The position numbers were made by a program, and so were the translations under genes. The notes under the pieces were generated by a model, which was given only the letters and a program-made list of their open reading frames with translations, was not told the DNA's origin and made no database searches. From positions 123,118 through 187,117 of the forward strand of contig CAVPCQ010000021.1 in NCBI GenBank assembly GCA_963702425.1: a DNA stretch of 64,000 bases. The letters are read 5' to 3'. The stretch comes from an uncultured Acidobacteriota bacterium (GTDB taxonomy: Bacteria; Acidobacteriota; Polarisedimenticolia; J045). This document shows positions 22,789-32,289 of the stretch, piece by piece (the first letter of the stretch is position 1; each line of letters starts with the position of its first letter).

Positions 22789-23379
22789 ATGAATCGGGGC
22801 TTGGGAATTGTCCTGCTTGTCCTGCTGGCGATCGCCGCGGGACCGGCCGTCGCGGCAACGGGCCACAGCATCGTCCGCGGGGGCCTCTCCTACGCGATGC
22901 CCGGCGGCGACACCAACTTCAACATCTCCGGAGAGAAGGGATCGCTCGACGTCCAGGAGTCGCTGGGCGTGTACGTGGGCTACGAGTACCTGTTCACGGA
23001 CTTCTTCGGCCTCGACTTCAACCTGGCGTGGCAGGACCATGACTACATCGCGAACTTCGCGGACTCCCCGAAGGTCGAGGGTTCCGTCGGGAACATCAAC
23101 CTGATGATCGCGTCGAACTTCCACGTCGCGCGGTGCGACTGGGGCACCTTCTACCTCGGTCCCGTCGTCTCCTACGGCTTCGCGCAGGATCGTGCGAGCA
23201 ATGCGCTCGGCCTCGGGGCGCAGGTCGGCACCGACATCTACCTCAACGACAGCGGTCTCCTGCTGAACATGTCGGCCAGCTACCAGTGGGTGTCCCAGGA
23301 CTGGGACTTCTCCAGCGGCGGCGTCAAGTACGACGTCAATCCGCTGACGTTCCGCCTGGGGCTCGGCTACAAGTTCTGA
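22789..23379 (+). CDS. Small outer-membrane beta-barrel protein (OmpW/OMP_b-brl-like)
   Basis: Signal peptide, amphipathic strands, C-terminal LGLGYKF; strong RBS AAGGAGG. Confidence 0.82.
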   Translation: MNRGLGIVLLVLLAIAAGPAVAATGHSIVRGGLSYAMPGGDTNFNISGEKGSLDVQESLGVYVGYEYLFTDFFGLDFNLAWQDHDYIANFADSPKVEGSVGNINLMIASNFHVARCDWGTFYLGPVVSYGFAQDRASNALGLGAQVGTDIYLNDSGLLLNMSASYQWVSQDWDFSSGGVKYDVNPLTFRLGLGYKF

Positions 23380-23403
23380 TCGTGGACGGCTTCGCGGATG
23401 CAG

Positions 23404-23438
23404 CGGGCCGCGGTGCACGCCGCGGCCCGTCCCGTTTT
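23404..23438 (+). terminator. Putative intrinsic terminator
   Basis: Stem CGGGCCGCGG / CCGCGGCCCG followed by CCCGTTTT. Confidence 0.55.
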
Positions 23439-23616
23439 CGGCCGACCCCGGGGCGGGTATACTCCCCCGGCGTCGCTGGACCGACGCGGAGAGCCTTCAT
23501 GATCCGAAGGACTTGTGCAGGAGTCCCGCCGTTCGCGTCGCCGGGGACTATCCCGGCACCTCGATGCCGTTCGCGAACGTCACCATAACATGTAAGTTCT
23601 GGAAGGAGACGGCGCC

Positions 23617-26136
23617 ATGAGGACACGCGACAACGCGATCCGCTGGATGGCAGCGGCCGCCCTGTTCCTGGCGGTCGCATCGACCGGCAACGCGCAGCAG
23701 ACGACCGGCACGCCCGGCTCGCCGGATGCCACCGCGACCCTCGACGGCAAGCAGCTCCCGCCGCCCGATCCGAAGTTCGGCGGCGTGATCAAGGATGGCG
23801 CGCTGCAGTCGAAGCCCTGGTGGGCGCCGCGGGTCGTGCCGCCCGCTGGCGCGCCGAATGTCCTGCTGATCATCACCGACGACGCCGGCTTCGCCGTGCC
23901 GAGCACCTTCGGCGGGGTGATCCCCACGCCGACCATGGACCGCCTCGCGAAGGACGGCCTGCGCTACAACCGGGTCTTCTCCACCGCGTTGTGCTCGCCG
24001 ACCCGCGCTGCGCTGATCACCGGGCGCAACCATCACTCGGTCGGCTTCGGTGTGATCTCCGAGCAGTCCACCGGATTTCCCGGCTACAACAGCATCATCG
24101 ACCGGGACAAGGCGACGATCGGACGGATCCTGCTCGACAACGGCTACAACACGTCGTGGTTCGGCAAGGACCACAACGTGCCGGCGTTCCAGGCCAGCCA
24201 GACCGGCCCCTTCGACCAGTGGCCGATCGGCATGGGCTTCGAGTACTTCTACGGGTTCGTCGGTGGCGATGCCAACCAGTGGGAGCCGAACCTGTTCCGC
24301 AACACGACGCAGATCTATCCGTTCCTGGGGAAGCCGCCCGGAACCTGGAACCTCATCACCGCGATGGCCGACGAGGCCATCGACTGGATGACGCGGATGC
24401 ACCAGATCGACCCGAGCAAGCCGATCTTCATCAAGTACGCGCCCGGCGCCACCCACGCGCCGCACCACCCGACCAAGGAGTGGGTGGACAGGATCAGCAA
24501 GTTGAAGCTGTTCGACGAGGGCTGGATCAAGCTGCGCGAGCGCATCTTCGAGAATCAGAAGCGGCTCGGCGTGATCCCGAAGGACGCCAAGCTGACGCCG
24601 TGGCCGAAGGACGTGCTGAAGGAATGGGACCAGCTGACTGCGGAGGAGAAGAAACTGTTCATCCGCCAGGTCGAGGTCTTCGCCGCCTATGCCGCCTACA
24701 ACGACCATGAAATCGGCCGCGTGATCCAGGCCTTCCAGGACCTGGGCAAGCTCGACAACACGCTGGTCATCTACATCAACGGCGACAACGGGACCAGCGC
24801 CGAGGGCGGGCCGATGGGCACTCCCAATGAGGTCGCGTTCTTCAACGGTCTCAACATGCTGCCCGTCGACGTTCAGATGAAGTTCTATGACGTGTGGGGC
24901 ACCGAACAGACCTACAACCACATGTCGGCCGGCTGGTCGTGGGCCTTCGACACGCCGTTCCCCTGGTTCAAGCAGAACGCCTCCCAGCTCGGCGGCATCA
25001 ACCAGAACATGGTGGTGTCGTGGCCGGCGCGCATCAAGGACAAGGGCGCCCTGCGCGAGCAGTTCGTCCACGTGATCGACGTCGTGCCCACGATCCTCGA
25101 AGCGGCCGGCATCCGCGCGCCCGAGGTCGTGGATGGCATCAGGCAGAAACCGATCGAAGGCACCAGCTTCGCCTACACCTTCGACGCACAGAACGCCAAG
25201 GCGCCGTCGCGGCACACGACCCAGTACTTCGAGATGATGGGCCAGTGGGCGCTGTACCAGGACGGCTGGTTCCTCAGCACCAAGGTGAACCGCGCGCCGT
25301 GGGAGGCATTCGGCGCGGCGAACCCGGACCCGCTGAACAACCAGGTGTTCGAACTCTTCGACCTGAACAAGGACTTCAGCCAGACCGAGAACGTCGCGGC
25401 CAAGTACCCGCAGAAGGTCAAGGAACTGAAGGACCTCTTCATCGCCGAGGCCAGGAAGTACCAGGTCCTCCCGCTGGATGCGTCGGTGGCCGCCCGCATC
25501 GTCGCACCCCGGCCCAACATCACTGCCGGCCGCTCGGAGTTCGTCTACACCCGGCCGATGGTCGGCCTGCCGCAGGGCGATTCGCCGGTGCTGCTCAACA
25601 CCTCCTACACGGTCACCGCCGATGTCGAGGTACCCCAGGGCGGCGCCGAGGGCATGATCCTGACCTCGGGCGGGCGTTTCGGCGGCTACGGCTTCTACCT
25701 GCTCAAGGGCAAGCCGGTGTTCCTGTGGAACATGGTCGATCTCGAGCGCCTGAAGTGGGAAGCGCCCGAGGCGCTTCCGCCGGGGCGGCACACGCTCGAG
25801 TTCGACTTCCAGTACGACGGCCTGGGCGCCGGCACGCTGGCGTTCAACGACTTCAGCGGCGTCGGCCGGCCCGGCACCGGCACGTTGAAGGTCGATGGCA
25901 AGGTGGTCGCCACGCAGCAGATGAAGCGCACGCTCCCGATGATCCTGCAGTGGGACGAGAGCTTCGACATCGGCTCGGACACGCTGACCGGCGTCAACGA
26001 CGCCGACTACCTGCCGCCATTCGCGCTGACTGCAAAGCTCAACAAGCTGACGATCAAGCTCAACCGGCCGCAGCTATCACCCGAGGATATCAAGAAGCTC
26101 GAGGCCGCCCAGCGGAACAACAAGGTGAGCGAGTGA
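23617..26136 (+). CDS. Arylsulfatase (Cys-type formylglycine sulfatase) with C-terminal beta-sandwich extension
   Basis: LIITDD, CSPTRAALITGR signature, GKDH, GDNG; signal peptide. Confidence 0.93.
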   Translation: MRTRDNAIRWMAAAALFLAVASTGNAQQTTGTPGSPDATATLDGKQLPPPDPKFGGVIKDGALQSKPWWAPRVVPPAGAPNVLLIITDDAGFAVPSTFGGVIPTPTMDRLAKDGLRYNRVFSTALCSPTRAALITGRNHHSVGFGVISEQSTGFPGYNSIIDRDKATIGRILLDNGYNTSWFGKDHNVPAFQASQTGPFDQWPIGMGFEYFYGFVGGDANQWEPNLFRNTTQIYPFLGKPPGTWNLITAMADEAIDWMTRMHQIDPSKPIFIKYAPGATHAPHHPTKEWVDRISKLKLFDEGWIKLRERIFENQKRLGVIPKDAKLTPWPKDVLKEWDQLTAEEKKLFIRQVEVFAAYAAYNDHEIGRVIQAFQDLGKLDNTLVIYINGDNGTSAEGGPMGTPNEVAFFNGLNMLPVDVQMKFYDVWGTEQTYNHMSAGWSWAFDTPFPWFKQNASQLGGINQNMVVSWPARIKDKGALREQFVHVIDVVPTILEAAGIRAPEVVDGIRQKPIEGTSFAYTFDAQNAKAPSRHTTQYFEMMGQWALYQDGWFLSTKVNRAPWEAFGAANPDPLNNQVFELFDLNKDFSQTENVAAKYPQKVKELKDLFIAEARKYQVLPLDASVAARIVAPRPNITAGRSEFVYTRPMVGLPQGDSPVLLNTSYTVTADVEVPQGGAEGMILTSGGRFGGYGFYLLKGKPVFLWNMVDLERLKWEAPEALPPGRHTLEFDFQYDGLGAGTLAFNDFSGVGRPGTGTLKVDGKVVATQQMKRTLPMILQWDESFDIGSDTLTGVNDADYLPPFALTAKLNKLTIKLNRPQLSPEDIKKLEAAQRNNKVSE

Positions 26137-26158
26137 TCGCTTCGACAAGGGAGCAGTC

Positions 26159-26875
26159 ATGAAGCTACGCACGAGGTCCGTCATCGCCGCGTTCCTGTTC
26201 GGTGTCGTCGCGCCCGTCGTGGCGCCGCAGGCACCCGCGCCGGCTGCGAGCACGGACCGCGTCGCCGCCGTCAAGCAGTCGCTCCAGGCGAGCTTGGCGG
26301 CCCTCCGCCAGTACGAGTGGGTCGAGACCACGGTCGTTTCGCTCAAGGGCGAGGAGAAGTCCCGGAAGCAGAACAGCTGCTACTACGGCGCCGACGGCAA
26401 GGTCCAGAAGACCCCGATCGGGGGCGAACCCGCGGCCGATGCCAAGCAGCCGAGGGGGCTTCGCGGGAAAATCGTCGAGAACAAGAAGGAAGAGCTTTCC
26501 GCTTCGATGAAGGAAGCGATCGCCCTCGTGAAGCAGTACGTTCCCCCCGATGCGGCACGCATCCAGGCGGCGAAGGACGCCGGGAGGCTGTCCGTGGTCC
26601 CGCCCGACGCCCAGGGGATCGCGAAGCTGGTCATCAAGGACTACCTGAAGGCGGGGGACTCGCTCACGCTGAACGTAAACGCCGCGGCCAATCGGATCGC
26701 CGGCGTCACGGTCGCCACCTTCACCGACAGCGCGAAGGACGCGGTCGGGATGAAGGTCGGCTTCGGCGCGTTCGCCGACGGCACGGTCTACCCGGCGACG
26801 ATCAACCTCGACGTGAAGGCGCAGAACCTCTCGGTCGCGATCGAGAACACCGGTTACAAGAAGCGCGGCGGCTGA
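26159..26875 (+). CDS. Secreted hypothetical protein
   Basis: Signal peptide, strongly biased codon usage, RBS GGGAG. Confidence 0.75.
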   Translation: MKLRTRSVIAAFLFGVVAPVVAPQAPAPAASTDRVAAVKQSLQASLAALRQYEWVETTVVSLKGEEKSRKQNSCYYGADGKVQKTPIGGEPAADAKQPRGLRGKIVENKKEELSASMKEAIALVKQYVPPDAARIQAAKDAGRLSVVPPDAQGIAKLVIKDYLKAGDSLTLNVNAAANRIAGVTVATFTDSAKDAVGMKVGFGAFADGTVYPATINLDVKAQNLSVAIENTGYKKRGG

Positions 26876-26903
26876 AGGCGCGCGCGCTCGTTCGATCCGA
26901 AAG

Positions 26904-26944
26904 CCGGGCGTTCCTGTGGGCTCTCCCCCACCGGAACGCCCGGG
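26904..26944. terminator. Long hairpin between convergent genes (bidirectional terminator-like)
   Basis: CCGGGCGTTCC-TGTGGG ... CCCA-CCGGAACGCCCGG. Confidence 0.55.
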
Positions 26945-27001
26945 CCATGACGTACTTCACCTCGCCCGATCAGGCGGCGCCTCGAGCCGCACCTCGCTGC
27001 C

Positions 27002-28600
27002 TCAGTTGTTCGGCATCGGCAGCGTCTCCAGCTCCTTCAGGCGCTTCATGGCCTGCATCGCCTGCAGCGAGTTGTAGTTGATCCCCGCGGCGTTCAGGCT
27101 GCTCCCCTGCTGGAACGGATACTCCGGCAACGTCAGGAGGAACGTTTTCAGCTTTGCCTGCACCGGCACGAAGAGCCAGATGTTGTCGGCGTACCAGCGC
27201 AGGTAGAGCCCCGATTCGTGCGACGCCCGCTCGTACGGGTCGGCCCTCAGGTTGGTGATCACGGGCCAGCCGGGCACGGCGCGCACGGCCGTGGCGATGT
27301 TGCCGTCCATCGTGGCGAAGGACACTTTCCAGTCGTTCCAGCGCACGGCGTCCAGGTCGCCGGCCTGGCCGAAGTAGAAGATCTCCTCGCGCGGCCCCTT
27401 CGGGGCCTCGCCCCTGAAGTACGGCAGGAAGTTGTATCCGTCGAGATGCGCCTTCCAGGTCTTGCCGTTGGCTTGGTAACCCTGCTTCACCTTCTCGACG
27501 ATGTTGGGCTCGCCGGCGGCCGCCAGGAGCGTCGGCAGCCAGTCTTCCTGCGAGAAGATCTCGTTGACGATCGTGCCGGGCTTGATCACCCCCGGCCAGC
27601 GGACGAGCATCGGCACGCGGAGGCCGCCTTCCCAGGTGGTGCCCTTCTCGCCCCGGAAGGGCATCATTCCACCATCCGGCCAGGTCCCGACCTCCGCCCC
27701 GTTGTCGGTGCCGTACACCACGATCGTGTTGTTCGCGATCCCCAGCTCCTCGAGCTTCTTCAGCAGTCCGCCGACCATGTCGTCGTGCTCGACCATGCCG
27801 TCGGGGTAGAGCCCGATCCCGGTCCGTCCCTGCGCCGAAGGCTTGAGACGGGTCCAGATGTGCATCCGGGTCGTGTTGAACCAGACGAAGAACGGCTTCC
27901 TCCCCGCCACCGCGGAGTCGATGAACTTGCTCGCCGCGGCGTAGATCTCGAGGTCCACGGTCGGCATCCGCTCGGTGGTCAGCGCGCCGGTATCCTCGAT
28001 CTTCTGTCCGCCCTTGCCGTCCGACCAGGCGTGGATCACGCCGCGCGGGCCGTACTGCTTCCTGAACGCGGGGTCCTTCGGGTAGTAGTAGGTTTCCGGC
28101 TCCTCCTCGGCGTTCAGGTGGTAGAGGTTGCCGAGGAACTCGTCGAACCCGTGGACCGTCGGCAGGTGCGAGTCGCGGTCGCCCAGGTGGTTCTTGCCGA
28201 ACTGGCCGGTGGCGTAGCCCTGGCCCTTCAGCAGGTCGGCGATGGTCGGCGCCCAATCCGGGATCCCCTGCGGCGAGCCGGGCATGCCGATCGTCAGCAG
28301 GCCCGTCCGGAACGGGTGCTCCCCGAGGATGAACGACGCGCGGCCCGCGGTGCAGCTCTGCTGCGCGTAGGCGTCCGTGAACAGCGCCCCCTCCTTCGCC
28401 AGGCGGTCGATGTTCGGCGTCTTGTACCCCATGATCCCGAGGCTGTAGGCGCTGATGTTGTCGCGACCGACGTCGTCGCCCCAGATCACGAGGATGTTGG
28501 GCTTGTTGTCCGCCGCCAGCGCAGGGACCACGGCGCCCGCCAGCGCGGCCAGGGCGGCGAGCACTGCGTGACCCGTCTTGAGAACATGGCTTCGTGTCAT
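27002..28600 (-). CDS. Arylsulfatase (Cys-type)
   Basis: KPNILVIWGDD, SCTAGRA, GKNHLGD, TDNG. Confidence 0.93.
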   Translation of the reverse strand: MTRSHVLKTGHAVLAALAALAGAVVPALAADNKPNILVIWGDDVGRDNISAYSLGIMGYKTPNIDRLAKEGALFTDAYAQQSCTAGRASFILGEHPFRTGLLTIGMPGSPQGIPDWAPTIADLLKGQGYATGQFGKNHLGDRDSHLPTVHGFDEFLGNLYHLNAEEEPETYYYPKDPAFRKQYGPRGVIHAWSDGKGGQKIEDTGALTTERMPTVDLEIYAAASKFIDSAVAGRKPFFVWFNTTRMHIWTRLKPSAQGRTGIGLYPDGMVEHDDMVGGLLKKLEELGIANNTIVVYGTDNGAEVGTWPDGGMMPFRGEKGTTWEGGLRVPMLVRWPGVIKPGTIVNEIFSQEDWLPTLLAAAGEPNIVEKVKQGYQANGKTWKAHLDGYNFLPYFRGEAPKGPREEIFYFGQAGDLDAVRWNDWKVSFATMDGNIATAVRAVPGWPVITNLRADPYERASHESGLYLRWYADNIWLFVPVQAKLKTFLLTLPEYPFQQGSSLNAAGINYNSLQAMQAMKRLKELETLPMPNN

Positions 28601-28646
28601 GGGTTCTCCTCCGTGCCCATCGTCGTTGCGGTCCGCCGATCCCTCG

Positions 28647-29681
28647 CTACTCGTCGAACGAGAAGATCTTCTTCCAGTCGTCTTTCATGCTGATGACGAC
28701 CCAGCCCTGCTTCTTCGCCTCGTCGTACAGCGCCTGGGGAAAGGCGCCGATCTTCGTGTCGGGCAGCCCCTGGGCCGGTCCGTAAGCATACTCGCGCTTC
28801 GCGTCGTCGTGGAGCACGAGCATCGCCAGCCGCGTCCCGTCCCCGGCCTTCGTGTACTCCAGCATCTCCCGGTCGCCGGCCGAGTTGCCGAATGCGGCCC
28901 GCGGCCGGCGGCCGATCATCAGGTGGATCCCCTCCGGCTTGCCCGCCTTGTCGTCGTTGAGCAGGAGCTTGGGCTCCTTGGTCAGGATCGGCTTGCCGTC
29001 CTTGCCGTAGCCGTAGGTCGTCCCGCCGGCGGTGCCGACCACCTGCTCGGGCGGGATGCCGTAGACGGCCTCCGAATAGACGCGCACGAAGTCCTGGCCG
29101 CCGCCGGTGACGATGTAGGTCTTGTAGCCGCTGGCGCGCAGGTACTTCAGCAGCTCCTGCATCGGCTGATACGTCAGTTCGGTGTACGGCCGCTTCCAGC
29201 GCGGGTCCCTGGCCGTGCCGAGCCACTTCGCCACCTCGGCATTGAACTCATCCACCGTCATGCCGGTCAGGGTGGCGGCGAGGATCTTCTCGAGCTCCGG
29301 CATCGAGAGCTTCGCCATGGCCTCCCGGTTGCCGGACATCACGGTCTTGAACGGCTCGACGTCCTTCAACTCGGGCTTCTTCGCCACGAGCGCCGGGACC
29401 CGCTCCAGGCAGTACATCACCTGCGAGTACATCGGGTGCGACACCCACAGCGTTCCGTCCTGATCGAAGGTGGTGATGCGCTCGGAGGGGGGTACGAACT
29501 TCGGGCTGGCCTTGTCGGTCGTCTCCTTCACGAACGCGATGATGGCCTGCTTGGCGGCGCCATCCTTCCACGAGGGGAGCGGGTCGGACTGCGCCTGGGC
29601 CCGAGTGCTCAGCAGTGGCAGGACGAACAGCGTCACGGCTGCAACGCAAGCTGCTGCGCAGCGCGACTTGGTCGGTTTCAT
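28647..29681 (-). CDS. Secreted HAD-family hydrolase (nonspecific acid phosphatase-like)
   Basis: DPLPSW, FDQDGTLW (DxD motif), IVTGGG, AAFGNS.GD, WVVISMKDDW. Confidence 0.88.
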   Translation of the reverse strand: MKPTKSRCAAACVAAVTLFVLPLLSTRAQAQSDPLPSWKDGAAKQAIIAFVKETTDKASPKFVPPSERITTFDQDGTLWVSHPMYSQVMYCLERVPALVAKKPELKDVEPFKTVMSGNREAMAKLSMPELEKILAATLTGMTVDEFNAEVAKWLGTARDPRWKRPYTELTYQPMQELLKYLRASGYKTYIVTGGGQDFVRVYSEAVYGIPPEQVVGTAGGTTYGYGKDGKPILTKEPKLLLNDDKAGKPEGIHLMIGRRPRAAFGNSAGDREMLEYTKAGDGTRLAMLVLHDDAKREYAYGPAQGLPDTKIGAFPQALYDEAKKQGWVVISMKDDWKKIFSFDE

Positions 29682-29696
29682 CGTCTCCTCCTGGCT

Positions 29697-29733
29697 AAAA
29701 GAAAGGCGGGCGGCCCGTTCGGTCCGCCCGCCT
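29697..29733 (-). terminator. Intrinsic terminator between the sulfatase and HAD genes
   Basis: Stem AGGCGGGCGG / CCGCCCGCCT followed by TTCTTTT on the minus strand. Confidence 0.7.
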
Positions 29734-29776
29734 GGCAGCATCACAAGCCCTTGCCGCCGTCCTGGCTCGCTACGTC

Positions 29777-31525
29777 CTAGTCTCCATTGGCGCGAGTCTT
29801 CGCCATATCATCCTTCACCTGTTGGAGAACCTGGGCCAGGCTGTAGGACGCCGGGGACTGCAGCGCCGGGTAAGGCCCGTAGCTTTCAAGTTCCTGCAGC
29901 CACAGCGCCTGGCCGATGGGAATGATGTTCCAGTCGTAGATGTAGGCGGTGACGGGCCCGCCAAGTGCGCCGCCCTGGCCAAGGAGGGTTTTCGGTTCGA
30001 AACCGACGGAACCCTCGAATGGATCCCGCTTGATGTTGTCGACCAGAGGCCAGTGGAAGGTATGGACCCCCATCAGGCCACCGGTCGCGGCCTCGGACGC
30101 CATCGCGAAGTAGATTTTCCAGTTCTTGTAGCGCACGGCCGACGGAACAGGGCCTCCGTAGTAGAAAAAGGTGTCCCGCGCCGATTTCGCAGACTTGCCG
30201 GTCAGATAGTCGAGCTGGTTGACCCCGTTGAGCTTGGTCTTGACGATACCGGGATACTTGCCCGCCATGATCTTCTCGTTGAGGGCGTTGCCCTTGGCGC
30301 CACCGGCAATCTCAACAAAAGTCGGCATCCAGTCGTAGGACGCGAAGATGTCGTTCAGGACCGTGCCCGGCTTGATATGTCCCGGCCAGCGGATGACACA
30401 AGGCGCGCGCATCCCACCTTCCCAGGTGGTCAGCTTGCCGCCCTTGAACGGCGTGTTGCCGCCGTCGGGGTAGGTGATCACTTCCGCGCCGTTGTCGGTG
30501 GTGAAGACGACGATGGTGTTGTCGAGCTGGCCCATCTCCTCCAGCTTCTTCAGCACGTAGCCGATGTTGTCGTCCATCTGCTTCATGCCGGCTTCGTTGA
30601 TGCCCCAGTCCTTACCGCCGGGCGTACCGACCATCGCCATGTACTTGTCGGACAGCATGGTGGTGATGTGCATACGCGCCGGGTTGTACCAGACGAAGAA
30701 GGGCTTGCCGGTCTTCTTCGGGTCGTTGCGATCGAGGAAGTCGATGACCTTGGCCGAGATCTCCTCGTCCGCGGTCTTCGAGCGCTCGAGCGTCATCGGC
30801 CCCTGGTCGCTGCACGACTGGTTCGCCTCGGTGCCGTCGGAGGACTTGCACCAGATCACGGGCCGCGGCGGCGTCATGCAGAGGGCCGTCTTCGGATCCA
30901 CCGCGCCCGGGACCTCGGTGAGGCCGCGCACCGGCGTGTTCTTGCACGGCGCGATGATGGCCTGGTCAGTCGGGGTCTTGTTGATGTCGGGGAAACTCAC
31001 ACCTTGCATCGCGTCCAAGTGGTAGAGGTAGCCCCAGAACTCCTGGAAGCCGTGCGCCGTCGGCAGCGCCGCCGAGTGGTCGCCCAGGTGGTTCTTGCCG
31101 AACTCGCCGGTGTTGTAGCCGAGGTCGAGCAGGAACCTGGCCAGCGACGGCGTGCCGGGCTGCAGGAAGGACGGGCTGCCGGGCAATTGCGGCGGGATCA
31201 TACCGGCGCGCAGCGGCGTCATGCCGGTGAAGAAGGCGGTACGCCCAGCCGTGCAGCTTTGCTCGGCGTAGTAGGTCATGAACATCGCACCCTCTTGCCC
31301 GATCCGGTCGATGTTCGGCGTCTCGCCGACCATCAGGCCGCGGTGATAGATGCTCGGCTGCATCCAGCCGATATCGTCACCCATGATGAACAGGATGTTG
31401 GGCTTGTCGGTCGCGGCGGAGGCGACGCCGGCAGCCAGGCACGCCATGAGGGCGAGGGCTGCGGTAACGCGCACCAGCCTCACGGTAAAGTCGCGTTTCC
31501 GAGATGAACTCGTATTGCCACGCAT
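29777..31525 (-). CDS. Arylsulfatase (Cys-type)
   Basis: KPNILFIMGDD, SCTAGR, GKNHLGD, TTDNG. Confidence 0.92.
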   Translation of the reverse strand: MRGNTSSSRKRDFTVRLVRVTAALALMACLAAGVASAATDKPNILFIMGDDIGWMQPSIYHRGLMVGETPNIDRIGQEGAMFMTYYAEQSCTAGRTAFFTGMTPLRAGMIPPQLPGSPSFLQPGTPSLARFLLDLGYNTGEFGKNHLGDHSAALPTAHGFQEFWGYLYHLDAMQGVSFPDINKTPTDQAIIAPCKNTPVRGLTEVPGAVDPKTALCMTPPRPVIWCKSSDGTEANQSCSDQGPMTLERSKTADEEISAKVIDFLDRNDPKKTGKPFFVWYNPARMHITTMLSDKYMAMVGTPGGKDWGINEAGMKQMDDNIGYVLKKLEEMGQLDNTIVVFTTDNGAEVITYPDGGNTPFKGGKLTTWEGGMRAPCVIRWPGHIKPGTVLNDIFASYDWMPTFVEIAGGAKGNALNEKIMAGKYPGIVKTKLNGVNQLDYLTGKSAKSARDTFFYYGGPVPSAVRYKNWKIYFAMASEAATGGLMGVHTFHWPLVDNIKRDPFEGSVGFEPKTLLGQGGALGGPVTAYIYDWNIIPIGQALWLQELESYGPYPALQSPASYSLAQVLQQVKDDMAKTRANGD

Positions 31526-31677
31526 AGGCAGTCTCCTTCTCGCAGGTTCTCGTTGCTTGGCGGACGAGGTCGGTCCAGTGATCGGTCGCCCGATCGACCG
31601 CCTGATCGGCCACAGTCAGGCGGAGGGTATCATCGTGCCGGTGGGTCGTTCGCGTCGCTGCCCGAAAGGGCAATGAA

Positions 31678-32289
31678 CTACAGGCGCCGCAGTTGCTCCG
31701 CCAGCCGGCCCAGCTCGGCCGCCGAGCCGACTCCAAGCTTCGCCATGACCTGTGCCCGCTCCGCCTTGACGGTGCGCTCCGAAACGCCGATCTCCTCGGC
31801 GATCTGCTTGTTGATCTCGCCGCTGACGATGCGATCGAAGACCTCACGCTCGCGGGGCGCAAGCGAGGCGAAAAGCCCGCGCAGCCGATCGGCCTCCGCG
31901 CGGTCCGCGCGCCGGCCTGCGTCGCGTTCCAGCGCCCGCCGGAGGGCGTCGAGCAAGACATCGCGTTCAACCGGTTTCGTCAGGAAGTCAACCGCTCCCG
32001 ACTTCATCGCCCGCACGCTGGAGGCCACGTCGGCGTGGGCCGTCAGGAAGATCACCGGCAACTCGATGCCCCGGGTCGCCAGGTCGGCCTGCAGCTCGAG
32101 GCCCGACGGGCCGGGCATCCGGAGATCGAGCAGCACGCAGCCGGGGCGGTCCGGCGGCGGGTGCAGCAGGAAGTCGCCCGCCGACGGGTAGCCGTGGGCT
32201 TCGAAGCCGGCCGCGCCGAGCAGCCGCAGCAGCGCGGAGCGCAGCGACTCGTCGTCGTCGACGACGTGGATCAGTGGTTTCGTGCTCAT
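31678..32289 (-). CDS. FixJ-family response regulator
   Basis: VVDDD, LLDLRMP, GAVDFLTKP, LuxR HTH. Confidence 0.92.
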   Translation of the reverse strand: MSTKPLIHVVDDDESLRSALLRLLGAAGFEAHGYPSAGDFLLHPPPDRPGCVLLDLRMPGPSGLELQADLATRGIELPVIFLTAHADVASSVRAMKSGAVDFLTKPVERDVLLDALRRALERDAGRRADRAEADRLRGLFASLAPREREVFDRIVSGEINKQIAEEIGVSERTVKAERAQVMAKLGVGSAAELGRLAEQLRRL

